A stretch of 61,972 nucleotides of DNA from Octopus bimaculoides (lineage: Eukaryota): assembly GCF_001194135.2 (NCBI RefSeq), contig NC_068987.1:37438867-37500838 (forward strand), read 5' to 3'. The number at the start of each line of letters is the position of its first letter. The first letter of the stretch is position 1. Of the stretch, positions 12,641 to 24,009 are shown piece after piece. A model generated the notes under the pieces. The model saw only the letters and a list, made by a program, of their open reading frames with translations, had not been told where the DNA came from and ran no database searches. A program made the position numbers and the translations under genes.

Positions 12641-12744
12641 TGTGTGTAGTGACTAGCGATCTATCATGGCGACTGCCGGACAGAAGGGTCACACAGGAGA
12701 GCTAAGAAGAAGGGGAGATAACAAAGTAGTACTGATCACAACGC

Positions 12745-13165
12745 GATACACAATCTGTATCCTTATATTTTCGAACATGGGATGTTGGCACCCCCACCCA
12801 GTACAAAACGCCCGTTCGAAAATATATATAATTTTCTAAGTGACTCACAGTCAATTATCTAATAAATAGAGATATTGTTGTTCCTAAATCTCTCAACGAG
12901 ACATATTCAGATATTTGATCAGTGACTGTGAGTCACTTAGAAAATAATATATATTTTCGAACGGGTGTTTAGCAGCCAAAGAGATATTCTGTGCCGACGA
13001 AGGGAAATAACCCTGAAACCGTACCGTCCACAGATACTAATTTGTGCTGGGTGGGGGTGCCAACCTCCCTTGTTCGAAAATATAAGGACAAAGATCGTAT
13101 GTCGTACAACTGTGCTGCTACTAAATATCTCTCGTTGAGAGATTTAGGAACAACGATGTTCTATA
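12745..13165. mobile_element. Self-complementary retrozyme-like element: one monomer (12923-13165) plus an inverted, circularly permuted partial copy
   Basis: Inverted pairs 12753-12806/13041-13095, 12806-12853/12923-12970 and 12878-12901/13130-13153, with a hammerhead at 12989-13033. Confidence 0.55.
12989..13033 (+). ncRNA. Type I hammerhead ribozyme motif (U4C variant)
   Basis: CTGTG-CCGACGA-AGGG(AAATAA)CCCT-GAAA-C(CGTACC)GTC-CACAG. Helix I is 5 bp, helix II is 4 bp, and the GUC cleavage triplet is in the correct position. Confidence 0.6.
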
Positions 13166-13194
13166 TATATATATAATATGTGACAATTATTCGG

Positions 13195-13269
13195 TTGCCA
13201 TAATGAAACGCCGTGTTTCGGATGTCGGGGCGTAAACCTGCACCGGCATCTCTTCAGTTATGGAGGCAA
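13195..13269 (-). ncRNA. Degenerate hammerhead-like motif with long helix II
   Basis: CCATAA-CTGAAGA-GATG…CATCC-GAAA-CACGGCGTTTCA-TTATGG. Helix I closes, but the cleavage triplet register is non-canonical. Confidence 0.4.
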
Positions 13270-13419
13270 TTAAAAATATGCTACGAAAATGACCGTTAAA
13301 CAAAAGGAAATTACTATGTAATTGGCCGCTATTAAGACAACAGAGCTATCAGGGACAAAGCGAAGGGGAGGAAGTGAAATGTAAAGGAGTGAAAATGCTC
13401 ATAGCAGTCGCGTATGCGC

Positions 13420-13960
13420 GCACGCACACCCACGTACATGTGCATAGGCACATGCATACATTCACTGTGCACCTACTCATACGCCAAATAGTTGTACATA
13501 TATATGCAACCATGCATGTACACGTATACAAATCCACACGCGCGCACGCACACGTGCACATACTCATACGCGCACAATTAAAAATACGTACATGCTATAT
13601 GTTCGCTCACACTCGCGTGGAACACATGCATGTACACCCACACATACGTGCAACCATAGACACGTAGATATACATGTACATATATACATACCCGCACACA
13701 CGCACATACACACGCACGATGTACACATATGTATATCCGCACAAACGCGTGCACACACACACGTGCACGTACCTATACGCGCACAGTTATATTCAAATGC
13801 ACGTCTAAAATACGTACATGCTATATATACATATGCTCACTTACACTCGCGTAAAGCGCTTGCATTTACACCCACGTATATATGCAAACATACACATGTA
13901 CATGTACATATATACATACCTGCACACACGCGCACAAACTTTCATATACACGTCTATATA
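13420..13960. repeat. Complex alternating purine-pyrimidine repeat with an internal ~210-bp tandem duplication
   Basis: 13548-13712 recurs at 13756-13938 (…ATACGCGCACA…AAAATACGTACATGCTATAT…CACTCGCGT…TACATGTACATATATACATACC.GCACACACGC). Confidence 0.6.
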
Positions 13961-14283
13961 GGCTCATGCACAAGAAAAATGCAGGGTGGAAGATAAAATA
14001 CAGGAAAAAATGTGTAAATATATATAAAGCAATAAAAATATATCTCTATAAATATGTAAAAAATATGTAAAAATATATTAAAAATATATATAAAAAGTAA
14101 AGAGACATAAAAGGCTTGCATGTGGACAATACAAAAAGCAAGTTCTATCTATGATCTTGAGGTGGGGACCTAAAACGTTACAAATATTTAGCCACATGTG
14201 GACATGATCCAACAAGTTCAGTTCTTGAATTTAGACGTGTAGCGGGGTCTAAGCTGCTTTTCCAGATGAGCCATCTTTCCATA

Positions 14284-14720
14284 TCACAAAAGACCGCACG
14301 TTCCACTGCCGTTGGCGTAAGGCTTACACTTGGCTAAGATCTTCCAATGGATGTTGTAACTGACACCTTCACATTTTAAGGACCATATATGATTGGATAA
14401 TTTGGTCGTTTTCCTTTTATCCCAGTGCCCGAAGCTCAAGGTGTGATTGTTGAACCTGGCCTTGTAATTTCCCTCTGTAAGGCCCACATATTTCTTTGTC
14501 ACAATTGTGCCCTTAGTGGTTGTAGAGTCTACGGTGGCTTCATAAATGATGATCTTGGACATGCAAGCTCCATTTAGCGGGCACAAATGTTTATTTTTGC
14601 ATGAACAGCTGGTTTCATTTTGTGGTTTTTGTGTGTTGTGTGCGATTATATTTTGAAAAATTAGTAGTTGAGCTGAAATTGATTTTAAAGTTATGTCTAT
14701 TGAAGAGCTTTCTGTAACTA
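14284..14720 (-). mobile_element. Penelope-like element, GIY-YIG endonuclease fragment
   Basis: CSCKNKHLCPLNGACMSKIIIYEATV…KKYVGLTEGNYKARFNNH…LSNHIW…WKIL. Confidence 0.85.
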
Positions 14721-15313
14721 TGGTTGACTGGAAAATGTCTATCTATCAGTGCTAAGAAATACTTACCTATATTAAAGATCACTATACATATATAGGCATA
14801 TGACCGATAATCACAGGTATGTGAATTCGAGTCTCATGGCAGGCTGCAAACACATTTTTCTGCAATAAAAGGATGTTCTATTTTTATATATATGTATATG
14901 TATATGTATATGTATATGCATATGTATATATATATANNNNNNNNNNNNNNNNNNNNNNNNNNNNNNNNNNNNNNNNNNNNNNNNNNNNNNNNNNNNNNNN
15001 NNNNNNNNNNNNNNNNNNNNNNNNNNNNNNNNNNNNNNNNNNNNNNNNNNNNNNNNNNNNNNNNNNNNNNNNNNNNNNNNNNNNNNNNNNNNNNNNNNNN
15101 NNNNNNNNNNNNNNNNNNNNNNNNNNNNNNNNNNNNNNNNNNNNNNNNNNNNNNNNNNNNNNNNNNNNNNNNNNNNNNNNNNNNNNNNNNNNNNNNNNNN
15201 NNNNNNNNNNNNNNNNNNNNNNNNNNNNNNNNNNNNNNNNNNNNNNNNNNNNNNNNNNNNNNNNNNNNNTATCTATCTATCTATCCATATATATATAAAT
15301 ATATATATATACA

Positions 15314-15830
15314 ATGTATAGAATACAATGTAACAAATGCAACAAGTTCTATGTGGATAGCACAACAAGACCGTTACACGTCCGCATCAAAGAACATCTG
15401 AACACGAGAGCCTCCTCCTTCAGAAAACATCTAGACAGATGCCAGAACACTGAAAAAAGGATAACAGTCACAATTGAGGCGAATGAAAGAAATTTGGGCA
15501 ATTTAAGAATTAAGGAAGCCATACTCATACACAGACTAGGACCCCAAATGAACAACAGGCTGGACGTTAGTAATCAATATATTATTTAGCTACATCTGGA
15601 TGTGTGTAGGTTAATTCTTAATAACATGCTTATGTATTGTTTGTAACAAAAAAAAAGAAGAGGAAAAAAAAAAGAAGGAAAATAGGGAAACTGCATGTAT
15701 AACACAAAACTTAGAAGCAGCGCTACAGATGTACCAACACACACGAGATTGAGACATAGCCGACCTCACGCACTTCTCATGAGGAATTCCGGAAGGAGCT
15801 TCGTAAAACTAGTACTGAGACGCTTCCGAA
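15314..15830 (+). mobile_element. Penelope-like element 3' end: GIY-YIG fragment plus 3' region with degenerate hammerhead
   Basis: YRIQCNKCNKFYVDSTTRPLHVRIKEH…LRIKEAILI…PQMN. Hammerhead remnant at 15776-15819. Confidence 0.85.
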
Positions 15831-16418
15831 AAAATGAAAAGCCGTTGGAAAACAGATTATAGCAGCGACTCCATCTAAGAATATCTGAAGTAGGAATTTT
15901 ATTCCGAAATATCATCGGACTATAGATAACTAAATTACAACAGGTATATTGTCCATTTTTTTGTATTATAGTGCATTGTTGTACCATTCAAAACTTTTTA
16001 ATATATATGTATATATGTATATATGTNNNNNNNNNNNNNNNNNNNNNNNNNNNNNNNNNNNNNNNNNNNNNNNNNNNNNNNNNNNNNNNNNNNNNNNNNN
16101 NNNNNNNNNNNNNNNNNNNNNNNNNNNNNNNNNNNNNNNNNNNNNNNNNNNNNNNNNNNNNNNNNNNNNNNNNNNNNNNNNNNNNNNNNNNNNNNNNNNN
16201 NNNNNNNNNNNNNNNNNNNNNNNNNNNNNNNNNNNNNNNNNNNNNNNNNNNNNNNNNNNNNNNNNNNNNNNNNNNNNNNNNNNNNNNNNNNNNNNNNNNN
16301 NNNNNNNNNNNNNNNNNNNNNNNNNNNNNNNNNNNNNNNNNNNNNNNNNNNNNNNNNNNNNNNNNNNNNNNNNNNNNNNNNNNNNNNNNNNNNNNNNNNN
16401 NNNNNNNNNNNNNNNNNN

Positions 16419-16461
<43 letters not shown>

Positions 16462-16483
16462 TTATTTATTTATGCTTGACTAC

Positions 16484-17470
16484 CCGTGACCCGTTGGGTC
16501 ACCAATAGTTCAAGGTACCCGAAAAACTGCGTATCTCGGGAATCCGTGGTCTGATTTACGTGAAACGTCTGTTATTCTATGTGTATTCACATTTCAATTG
16601 TACCTTACTTTCAAAGCATCTTTTCCATTATACGCCAGTTTGGCTATTTATAAAGGTACCCGAAAAACTGCGTATCTCGATAACCCGTGGTCCGATTTAC
16701 GTAAAACTTGTTTGATTCGATTTGTATTCACATGAGCATTCGATTCATGATGCCTCCTGCTCCTGTCTCTTTCCCTCTGTTCCGCCAGACGCTCAGATCT
16801 TGCTTTATCAATCTCATCGACCCTTCTATTTGCATGCCTGTCCCAATTTTAGGTAAATATTTCGTAAAGGATCCGTTCGTACTTCGGTGTGAAATAATTT
16901 TTTCCACAGGATTTGCTTCGAGTGCATTCAACGTATCACATCTCCTAACCCATTTCTTCCGGAAAAGAAAGAGGAGAAGGGTCGTGGAAACCTCGGAGTT
17001 TCCCCGGGAAACTCTGAGTTTCCCACCAACGGAGTTTTGCTTCGTGAATTTTGTTTTCTTTTTCAGGTTATTTCGCATGCTTTCAACGAATGATATCGAA
17101 ATCACGCGTAAACGGTTCCTTTCCCCAGAAAAGGAAAGATTTGGCTGCTAATTCTTGCACACCCTGCTACCACGTAACAGGGATTTCGGGTCCTTTATCG
17201 CAAATCGCTATTACGTGGTAGCAGGGCATTCTAGAAATAGCAGCCAGATTTTTGGAAGTGAGATACGTTGAATACACTCGAAAAAAACAAACCTCATTGA
17301 AAAATTATTTCACACCGAGATTACGAACGGGTCTTTTACGAAATATTTACCGTATCTTTAAAGTCATTTTCACTTTAAAATATTTTCAAATATGCTAAAA
17401 AATATGCCCCATTATTAGACTATTTTCCTTAGTCATTTGCACGGTGATCGCTTTATGCTTATATAAAATA
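16484..17470. mobile_element. Unclassified non-autonomous element with 55-bp direct repeats and a long interrupted inverted repeat
   Basis: Direct repeats at 16512-16566/16653-16707. Inverted repeats at 16852-16941/17259-17351 and 17139-17188/17199-17249. Confidence 0.55.
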
Positions 17471-17471
17471 C

Positions 17472-17522
<51 letters not shown>

Positions 17523-18599
17523 TATGGACCGCTCATAATCAGTGTGCGTGTTTTTCTTGTTCGCTGGTTCATTGCGTTTGGTATAGCACTTTGAGGACGA
17601 TTCCCTGATAGATCTGATTGTTAAAACACCTGGAAGTCATAGACAGGCGAGACAATTCGCCTTTAATCCCATTCTGCAGTGATGGTTACCAATATTTTAC
17701 CGTTTTTTTTCTTTTTTGGCTTCACGTACCTGAATCGAATCCGGGACGAACTGAATCGCCAGTCTATGACCATATACAAATATACAAAACCACAGCGTGA
17801 TGTTGATAAGAAAAAAAAATGACGAAATACATACATACATACATACATACATCGAAAGGAGATGAAAAATCGCTTCGGCAGTGGCTAGCGAGGGAGCCAG
17901 ATGCATTTAAATCTTGTTGGACCTTGTGAATGACGCATAATCGCAGGCAGATTCCTACACAAGATTTGTTGCTTCTGACATATAAACTGTAAATAATTCA
18001 CCTACTGGTGCTACAAAATGCCGCGAGGCTGTCCATAACAAATTTTGTCTCGGACAAAAATCGCCTAAGCATGCCTGTGAACAGTGTGTATATGTTAAAT
18101 ATGATACATATTATAATTTAATACTCTTTCAATTGTGTACACAGGATTATTACTCAGTTCGACGGCTATTCGCAATACCAATGAATGTATTATTCGCTGT
18201 TTCTTATATTGGAAGCTCTGGATGTGGTTGGCTGAAAGTACCCGTCATTAACAAGGCCAATGAGACCGGAATGCATCCGGTAATTTCACTAACACCTACC
18301 GGGTCGATTTTCACTTTCCATCCGGTATACAACACAGCATGTCCTTAGGCAACTTTATCGCGGGTAACTTGCCTATCATTGGTGTATATACATTAAGCAT
18401 GATACATAGATAAGTATTATCTATTTTTCTATTTTCGATCACATTTTTTACATAGACGTATTCGTTTACTAAACGTCGTAATTTTCAGTGCTGACTCTAA
18501 TTTCTGCAGAAAATCTGTAGAGATAACTGTAAAAAGTGATAGGGATGTATACATACATACATACACACGCGCATACATATAACTACAAATCCCGCTCTA

Positions 18600-19100
18600 T
18601 CATCTTCTGGCTCTTCTACACTTCTTCAACCATCGCACCATCCTCCACTGTACTATAACTGCTTCTCTTTCTCAGGTGGGTTTGCTCACAACACATGGAC
18701 TGTCTTTTATTCGACAGAAATATCCCCACCCTAGTAACACTCGCTCTCACCCGAGTGTACCAAGTCGAGTGCTCCTCTATCTTTACCTCCTACTTCTCCC
18801 ACTCCCAGCTGCAACCCTTGCTTTTCCATTTCTCCCTATCACCCCCTACTGTCTAACCTATGATCTTTCGCGCATTCCGCCTCCTTCAGTCTAAACCTAC
18901 CATCTTCCTCTTTGCCCCATTATCCACTTTTTAAGCGTGCCCGTAACCTACGCGACTCAGTGGTTCCTAGCACCGTCCACACCTTTCTTTCACCCGACCA
19001 CCTTTGCATAATCCCCCATATATACCCACCTTCCAATTTCCAGTTAGTCAACACAGCATATAAACTAACTCCATGTAGCTGTTTTCGCCAGGATTGTGCT
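18600..19100 (+). mobile_element. Penelope-like element fragment (RT-to-endonuclease linker)
   Basis: Reads PLFKRARNLRDSVV.S (ORF 18912-19121), preceded by a frameshifted P…T…FRLLQS segment. Same region type as 8136-8339. Confidence 0.7.
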
Positions 19101-19109
19101 TTTAATTGT

Positions 19110-19417
19110 GAAGGCTCGTGACTTAGTGGTTAGGTTATTCAGCTCAGGATTGTAAGGTTGTGAGTTCGTTGTGTCCTTGAGCAAGACATTTTATTTCACG
19201 TTCGTCCAGGCCGGTCTGCTGTCAAGAATGGGCTGTACCTGTCATTCAAATGGCCAGACTTGTCACATTCTGTGTCACACTGAATCTCCTTGAGAACTAC
19301 GCTAAGGGTACGAGTGTCTATGGAGTACTCAACCGCTTACGCGTTAATGTCACGAGCAGGCTGTTCCGTTTATCGGATCAACTGGAACACTCGTCGTCGT
19401 AACTGATGGGGAGCCAG
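19110..19417 (+). mobile_element. SINE family C (tRNA-derived head)
   Basis: A-box-like TGACTTAGTGG and B-box-like GAGTTCG, then GTGTCCTTGAGCAAGACA. Head is related to 39470-39740. Confidence 0.65.
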
Positions 19418-19872
19418 GCCGTATGTCCCTAACAGGTCCTGATCGCAGTAGACCTGAGAACTATAGTAGCTAAGAAGTGGTTCTCCACTCCTCAAAACTC
19501 AAGGAATCTCGTACCAGGGACCCACTACCAGATGCAGTTTAAATCATACTCAGAGTCCTAGCTATGGGTTAACTAGTATGTGAACCACTGGGAATGAAGG
19601 GCCCCTAGTTCCCGTTAGAATTTCCTTCTAGAAGAAGGGAGGCTCATATAAAAAATCTGGAGAGCAGTCGGTTTCTGGTCGTCTCAACTGTTGTGCCTCT
19701 GATTTTATAGCTCATTTGGCTCGGTGCTGTGCAACGCTTTATTCACTCAAAAAAATATTCATGCACAGGAACTTCTTAGACTCTCGGAACGTTTGTATGG
19801 GCCTACTGTGTTTGGGGAGGGATAATACTCGGTCACGTGCTGACTTCCAAACACACGCGCACGCATACTCAT

Positions 19873-19944
<72 letters not shown>

Positions 19945-19970
19945 TGGCTTCTTCCATTTTCCGACTCCCG

Positions 19971-20103
19971 AATCCACTCTCACAAGTCTCTGGCCGGCCC
20001 AAAGCTATAGTAGATGACATTTGCGCAAGACACCATGCAATAGGACTGAACCCAACGCTTTGCGGTTGGGAAGCAAACTTCTTACAATACAGACACTCCT
20101 GCG
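19971..20103 (-). mobile_element. SINE family A, 5' half
   Basis: Matches 57480-57610 (CTCACAAG…GCTATAGTAGA.GACA.TTGC.CAAG…GGACTGAACCC). Confidence 0.7.
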
Positions 20104-20149
20104 TCTATATGTGTGTGTGTTTGTGAGTGTGCGTGCACGCGCGCATATC

Positions 20150-20680
20150 TGTATTATATACTACTTGTACTGCAGAACATTCCCTTCATCCGCTATCGGC
20201 TGGAGGTCACGATGAGTTCAGCATCTTCCTACAGCACCACTCCTACAAGCATTACCAATCCGCATTAATGCCAGCAAGGATTGCCTGTGTTATTTTGGCC
20301 TGCACTGTAACCCACTTTCTCTTTCCTTTGCAGTCATTGGGAAATTATCCCATGATGTCATTACACCAAACTGAGTGCAGTTGTACCCATTCTAAATAAC
20401 CTGCAAACATTTTTAATATTCGCTGGGGACTTATTCTAGCATCTAAGCTTTAGTTTGTCTCTCACATCTACAATATCGATGCTGAAGTATTTTCCGCTTC
20501 TCTTTGCAGCTTATGAATCACTTTCATCCGAAATCCTATTCCATTCATGCAGGATACTTTGGAAATAACCAAAGAACCATTCATTGTCAAAAGTTAAGCG
20601 GTACTTTTCAGTGTATTATAATGCATCAGAGAGAAGCTCAGAATTTCTAAATTCCTACCCTACTGCTAGATATTTATTGT
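20150..20680 (-). mobile_element. Highly decayed LINE remnant, probably RTE (Cys-rich post-RT region)
   Basis: Shares CTGAGTGCA.TTGTACCCA with 35585-35605. No intact motif is readable. Confidence 0.35.
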
Positions 20681-20977
20681 GCCTACAATGGGTTCACCTG
20701 TCGTCTGATAATTATTGCTTTTATTCTGTTTGTAATGGGCGTTTGTAATGGGGTTTGTAATGGGCGTCCTCGCTCTATGGTAACAGTACCAGTTTAATCA
20801 TGACTACTTGATCATCTAACATTGTACTGGGTTACATAAAGTGATCTCTTTCCCTCCTCTCTCTACCACTCTATCACCTCTCTCTCCCATACACATATGC
20901 ATTTACATGCACACTCATATGCATACACATGCATGTATATATGTGTATCTATATATATGCATGTTTCTAACTGAATG

Positions 20978-21021
<44 letters not shown>

Positions 21022-21189
21022 TGTATATATGTATATATATATGTGTGTGTGTGTATGTGTGTGTATGTATATATGTATATATGGATGTACATATATTTAT
21101 CTATATAAATACACACCTATATGTATGCATTTATGTATGTATGTATGTATGTACGTTTACCCCACTCGTGCTAAAATTCATTTTAGGCC

Positions 21190-21350
21190 CAGGCGTGGTC
21201 GTGTGGTAAGAACTTTGCTTCACAGCCACATGGTTCTGGATTCAATCCTACTGCATGGCACCTTAGACAAATGCCTTTCTTCGGGTATAGTCCCGAACCG
21301 GCAAAACCTTGTGAGTGGATTTGGTAGAGGGAGCTTGAAAAAATCCCATC
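21190..21350 (+). mobile_element. SINE family A, 5' half (tRNA-like head)
   Basis: GGCGTGGTCGTGTGGTAAG…GGATTCAATCC…GGCACCTTAG…CTTGTGAGTGGATTTGGTAGA. Confidence 0.75.
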
Positions 21351-21605
21351 ATGTATGTGGTTGTGTCTGTGCGTGCGTTTTATCTATATTATGCACAAAA
21401 GCATGAATTGGAACTGAAATAGATTTAAATTTTAAATATTTGAAATACTCACTGGGTGTGTAATAAGAATGTAAGTATATCTTTCTTCGTATACTATTGA
21501 TATGCGGGGAAAAATGCTGCAAGAGAGTCATGTATTTTCTGGACCATTTCTCAAAACCGTAATTCAGCTGTAATATAAAGCAGTTGTAAATTTGGCCAGC
21601 ACCAA

Positions 21606-21835
21606 GGCGGTGAGCTGGCAGAAACGTTAGCACGCCGGGCGAAATGCTTAGCGAGTATTTCGTCTGTCTTTATGTTCTGAGTTTAAATTCCACCGAGGTC
21701 GACTTTGCCTTTCATCCTTTCGGGATCGATAAATTAAGTACCAGTTGCGTACTAGAGTCGATCTAATCAACTGGGCCCCCCTCTCCAAAAATTTCGAGCC
21801 TTGTACCTAGAGTAGAAAAGAAACTTGGCCAGCAC
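21606..21835 (+). mobile_element. SINE family B (tRNA-derived), full-length
   Basis: GGCGGTGAGCTGGCAGAA head and GTCGACTTTGCCTTTCATCCTTTCGGG central block. Copies at 28012-28197 and 47495-47677. Confidence 0.8.
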
Positions 21836-22639
21836 AGTAGCCTAATTTGCATATTTGTGCTTTGATAGCTCACCAATAAGTAAACAATATTTATTTTATC
21901 CTCAACTTTGTGCCAGTACGTACGTGGATTTTGTGTGTTAGCATGTATGTATGTACAAACACGTAAGAATCTTTATAGATGTGTATACATATGTACATAC
22001 ATACATAACATCAATATTTTTGTGTTAATTACTACGTAACATTTCTAGAAATTTTAGGAAAATTATGTGTGATGCTTACTGGTGATATAAGAAAACAAAC
22101 TGAGAAGTTAATGACGCTTCACTGTTCCATCTGCCACTTGTTTTGTGCAAGGACTCTGAACGAGTATATTCCTCGCAGATTGATGCATCGAGTGTGTATA
22201 GATGTCATCTTTCAGTCAGATTGGTCACCAGCTCGTTAAATGAATGTTACGTTAACTTGCAGTTCTGAGCTCAAATCCTACTTAATGCGTTTCATAACCT
22301 ATAAAGTTGTAGGGGCAAGATTAAAGACTGTCATCATATAGTGTCAGCCTGAACAAACGAACTTGCTGTAAGTTATACATTGCAATGAATGAAACTATAA
22401 AACTGACAAAATTTTGCTAGTTTTGTCAGTTTTGACAAAGGGATTGTAGTTGAAAAGACGGGGACTGGCCCAGTAGACTGTAAAATGTTTGTCTTTCGTA
22501 GACGTAGTGAAATACCGAGGAGACGATAAATCTACCGCTGACGGCTTGTCTAGTTGTCGACAGCGCCATCTGCGTTGGTCTGACATATGAAAAAACTGAA
22601 ACAAACCACATTACATTTACACACTTTCATAAGTTCTGC

Positions 22640-22965
22640 CTTTTACTTACTTCACTCATTGGGCTGCGATAATGCTAGGGCACTCGTTGAAAGGTTTAGA
22701 TGACCAAATGGACACCAGTACTAATTTTTACGTCTGATACATTTTTTATCGTTAACTTGCTGAACCACAATGTTACGGGGACATAAACAAAACAACACCA
22801 GCTGTCAAGTGGTGGCACGGGACAAAAACAAAGACATTAATGTCACTTGCAAAGCATCGGTAGGTCCGGAACTATAGTAGAAGACACTTGCCCAAGGTGC
22901 CTTGCAGTAGGACTGAACCCCAAACCAAGTGGTTACAAAACAAACACCTTAACACCTCCACTGGC
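22640..22965 (-). mobile_element. SINE family A, diverged near-full copy
   Basis: Both halves are recognisable: GTTACGGGGAC…TGTCAAG and GAAGACACTTGCCCAAGGTGCC. Confidence 0.7.
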
Positions 22966-23149
22966 AGTCATGCCCGTTCCATCGTACATAAATATTTACA
23001 TACATCATACATACACATATATACATACATGTATGCATATAGACACATACTCTTACACATTTATTACATTCATTATGACATACATACATACATGCATATA
23101 TGATACATTCATGCACATAACAGTCACATACGTGTATGTGACCGCGTGT

Positions 23150-23355
23150 GCATCGTTGGCGATTTTCTTTCTCCGTCTTCCCTTCTTTGAACTTTTTCTA
23201 TATTTCTGATGAAGAGCTCCACTCGAAACATGAAATCCCCTTTGTTTTCTTTCCTTTCCTGAGCGTCCAATAACACTGTACTTATTCCACGTCCTCGCGT
23301 TGTTGTTTTTTTCGTGCTTTTTCTTGCTTGTTCACGTTTGGATTGACTCTATATA
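23150..23355 (+). mobile_element. Penelope-type terminal-repeat fragment with hammerhead motif
   Basis: Same family as the reverse complement of 39255-39460 (GAGCGTC…CCACGTCCTCGCGTTGTTGTTTTTT). Confidence 0.6.
23202..23236 (+). ncRNA. Minimal hammerhead motif, probably inactive
   Basis: ATTT-CTGATGA-A-GAG(CTCCA)CTC-GAAA-CATG-AAAT. Core is perfect, but helix III and the triplet are mutated (AUG). Confidence 0.5.
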
Positions 23356-23630
23356 TATAGCTTGGAAAGTATAAGGTTACTAAGGCACTCAAGTATCAGC
23401 CTTGCATCTTATACCAGAAACAGGTGTAAGCTAATGAAGTTCATGAAATAATCGATTATTCCTTCGTCATCTCATTTTTCTTATAACCGCTCTATACTCA
23501 TCTAACAATTTGATCTGAAACACACGTATATTGAGTTCTACACCAGGTTAGTCGCGCAATGCCTAAGCAAAATACTGATAATGATATAATATATGTGTAT
23601 GTGTGTGCGCGTGTGTGTGCATATATATAT

Positions 23631-23671
<41 letters not shown>

Positions 23672-23719
23672 TATACACACACACACACACACACACACAT
23701 ACACACACACACACATATA

Positions 23720-23880
23720 TATAGTTCAAATTTACGGAAAACAAAAGTCGAAGATAGGTGAAGGAGCAACAAGCAGGTGTATGTATTAGGTTAACGCTCT
23801 GAAAGAATGGGAAAGTCTTTGACGTTTCGAGCCTACGCTCTTTGACAGAAAGGATTAAGAGGGGAAAAAACGGGGAGAGA
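23720..23880 (-). mobile_element. Penelope-type terminal-repeat fragment with hammerhead-like motif (23817-23852, core CUGUCAA)
   Basis: CTTT-CTGTCAA-A-GAGC(GTAG)GCTC-GAAA-CG-TC-AAAG. Same family as 12476-12640. Confidence 0.6.
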
Positions 23881-24009
23881 AAAATGTTTTGGGATTAACG
23901 GTTCAACATGATGAAATGGCCGGAAAAAACAGCTTGTGTATATATGTGTGTGTGTATAAAATAAAGTTAACAAACTGGTATATTAATTAATTATATATTT
24001 ATTCATATT

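Noticed and set aside
14767-14843. Minus-strand exon-like segment with strong splice sites
   Set aside because: It has stops in all three frames and could only be non-coding. There is no further support.
22563-22580. CTCF site (CAGATGGCGCT on the minus strand)
   Set aside because: It lacks the conserved 5' CC of the core motif, so a chance match cannot be excluded.
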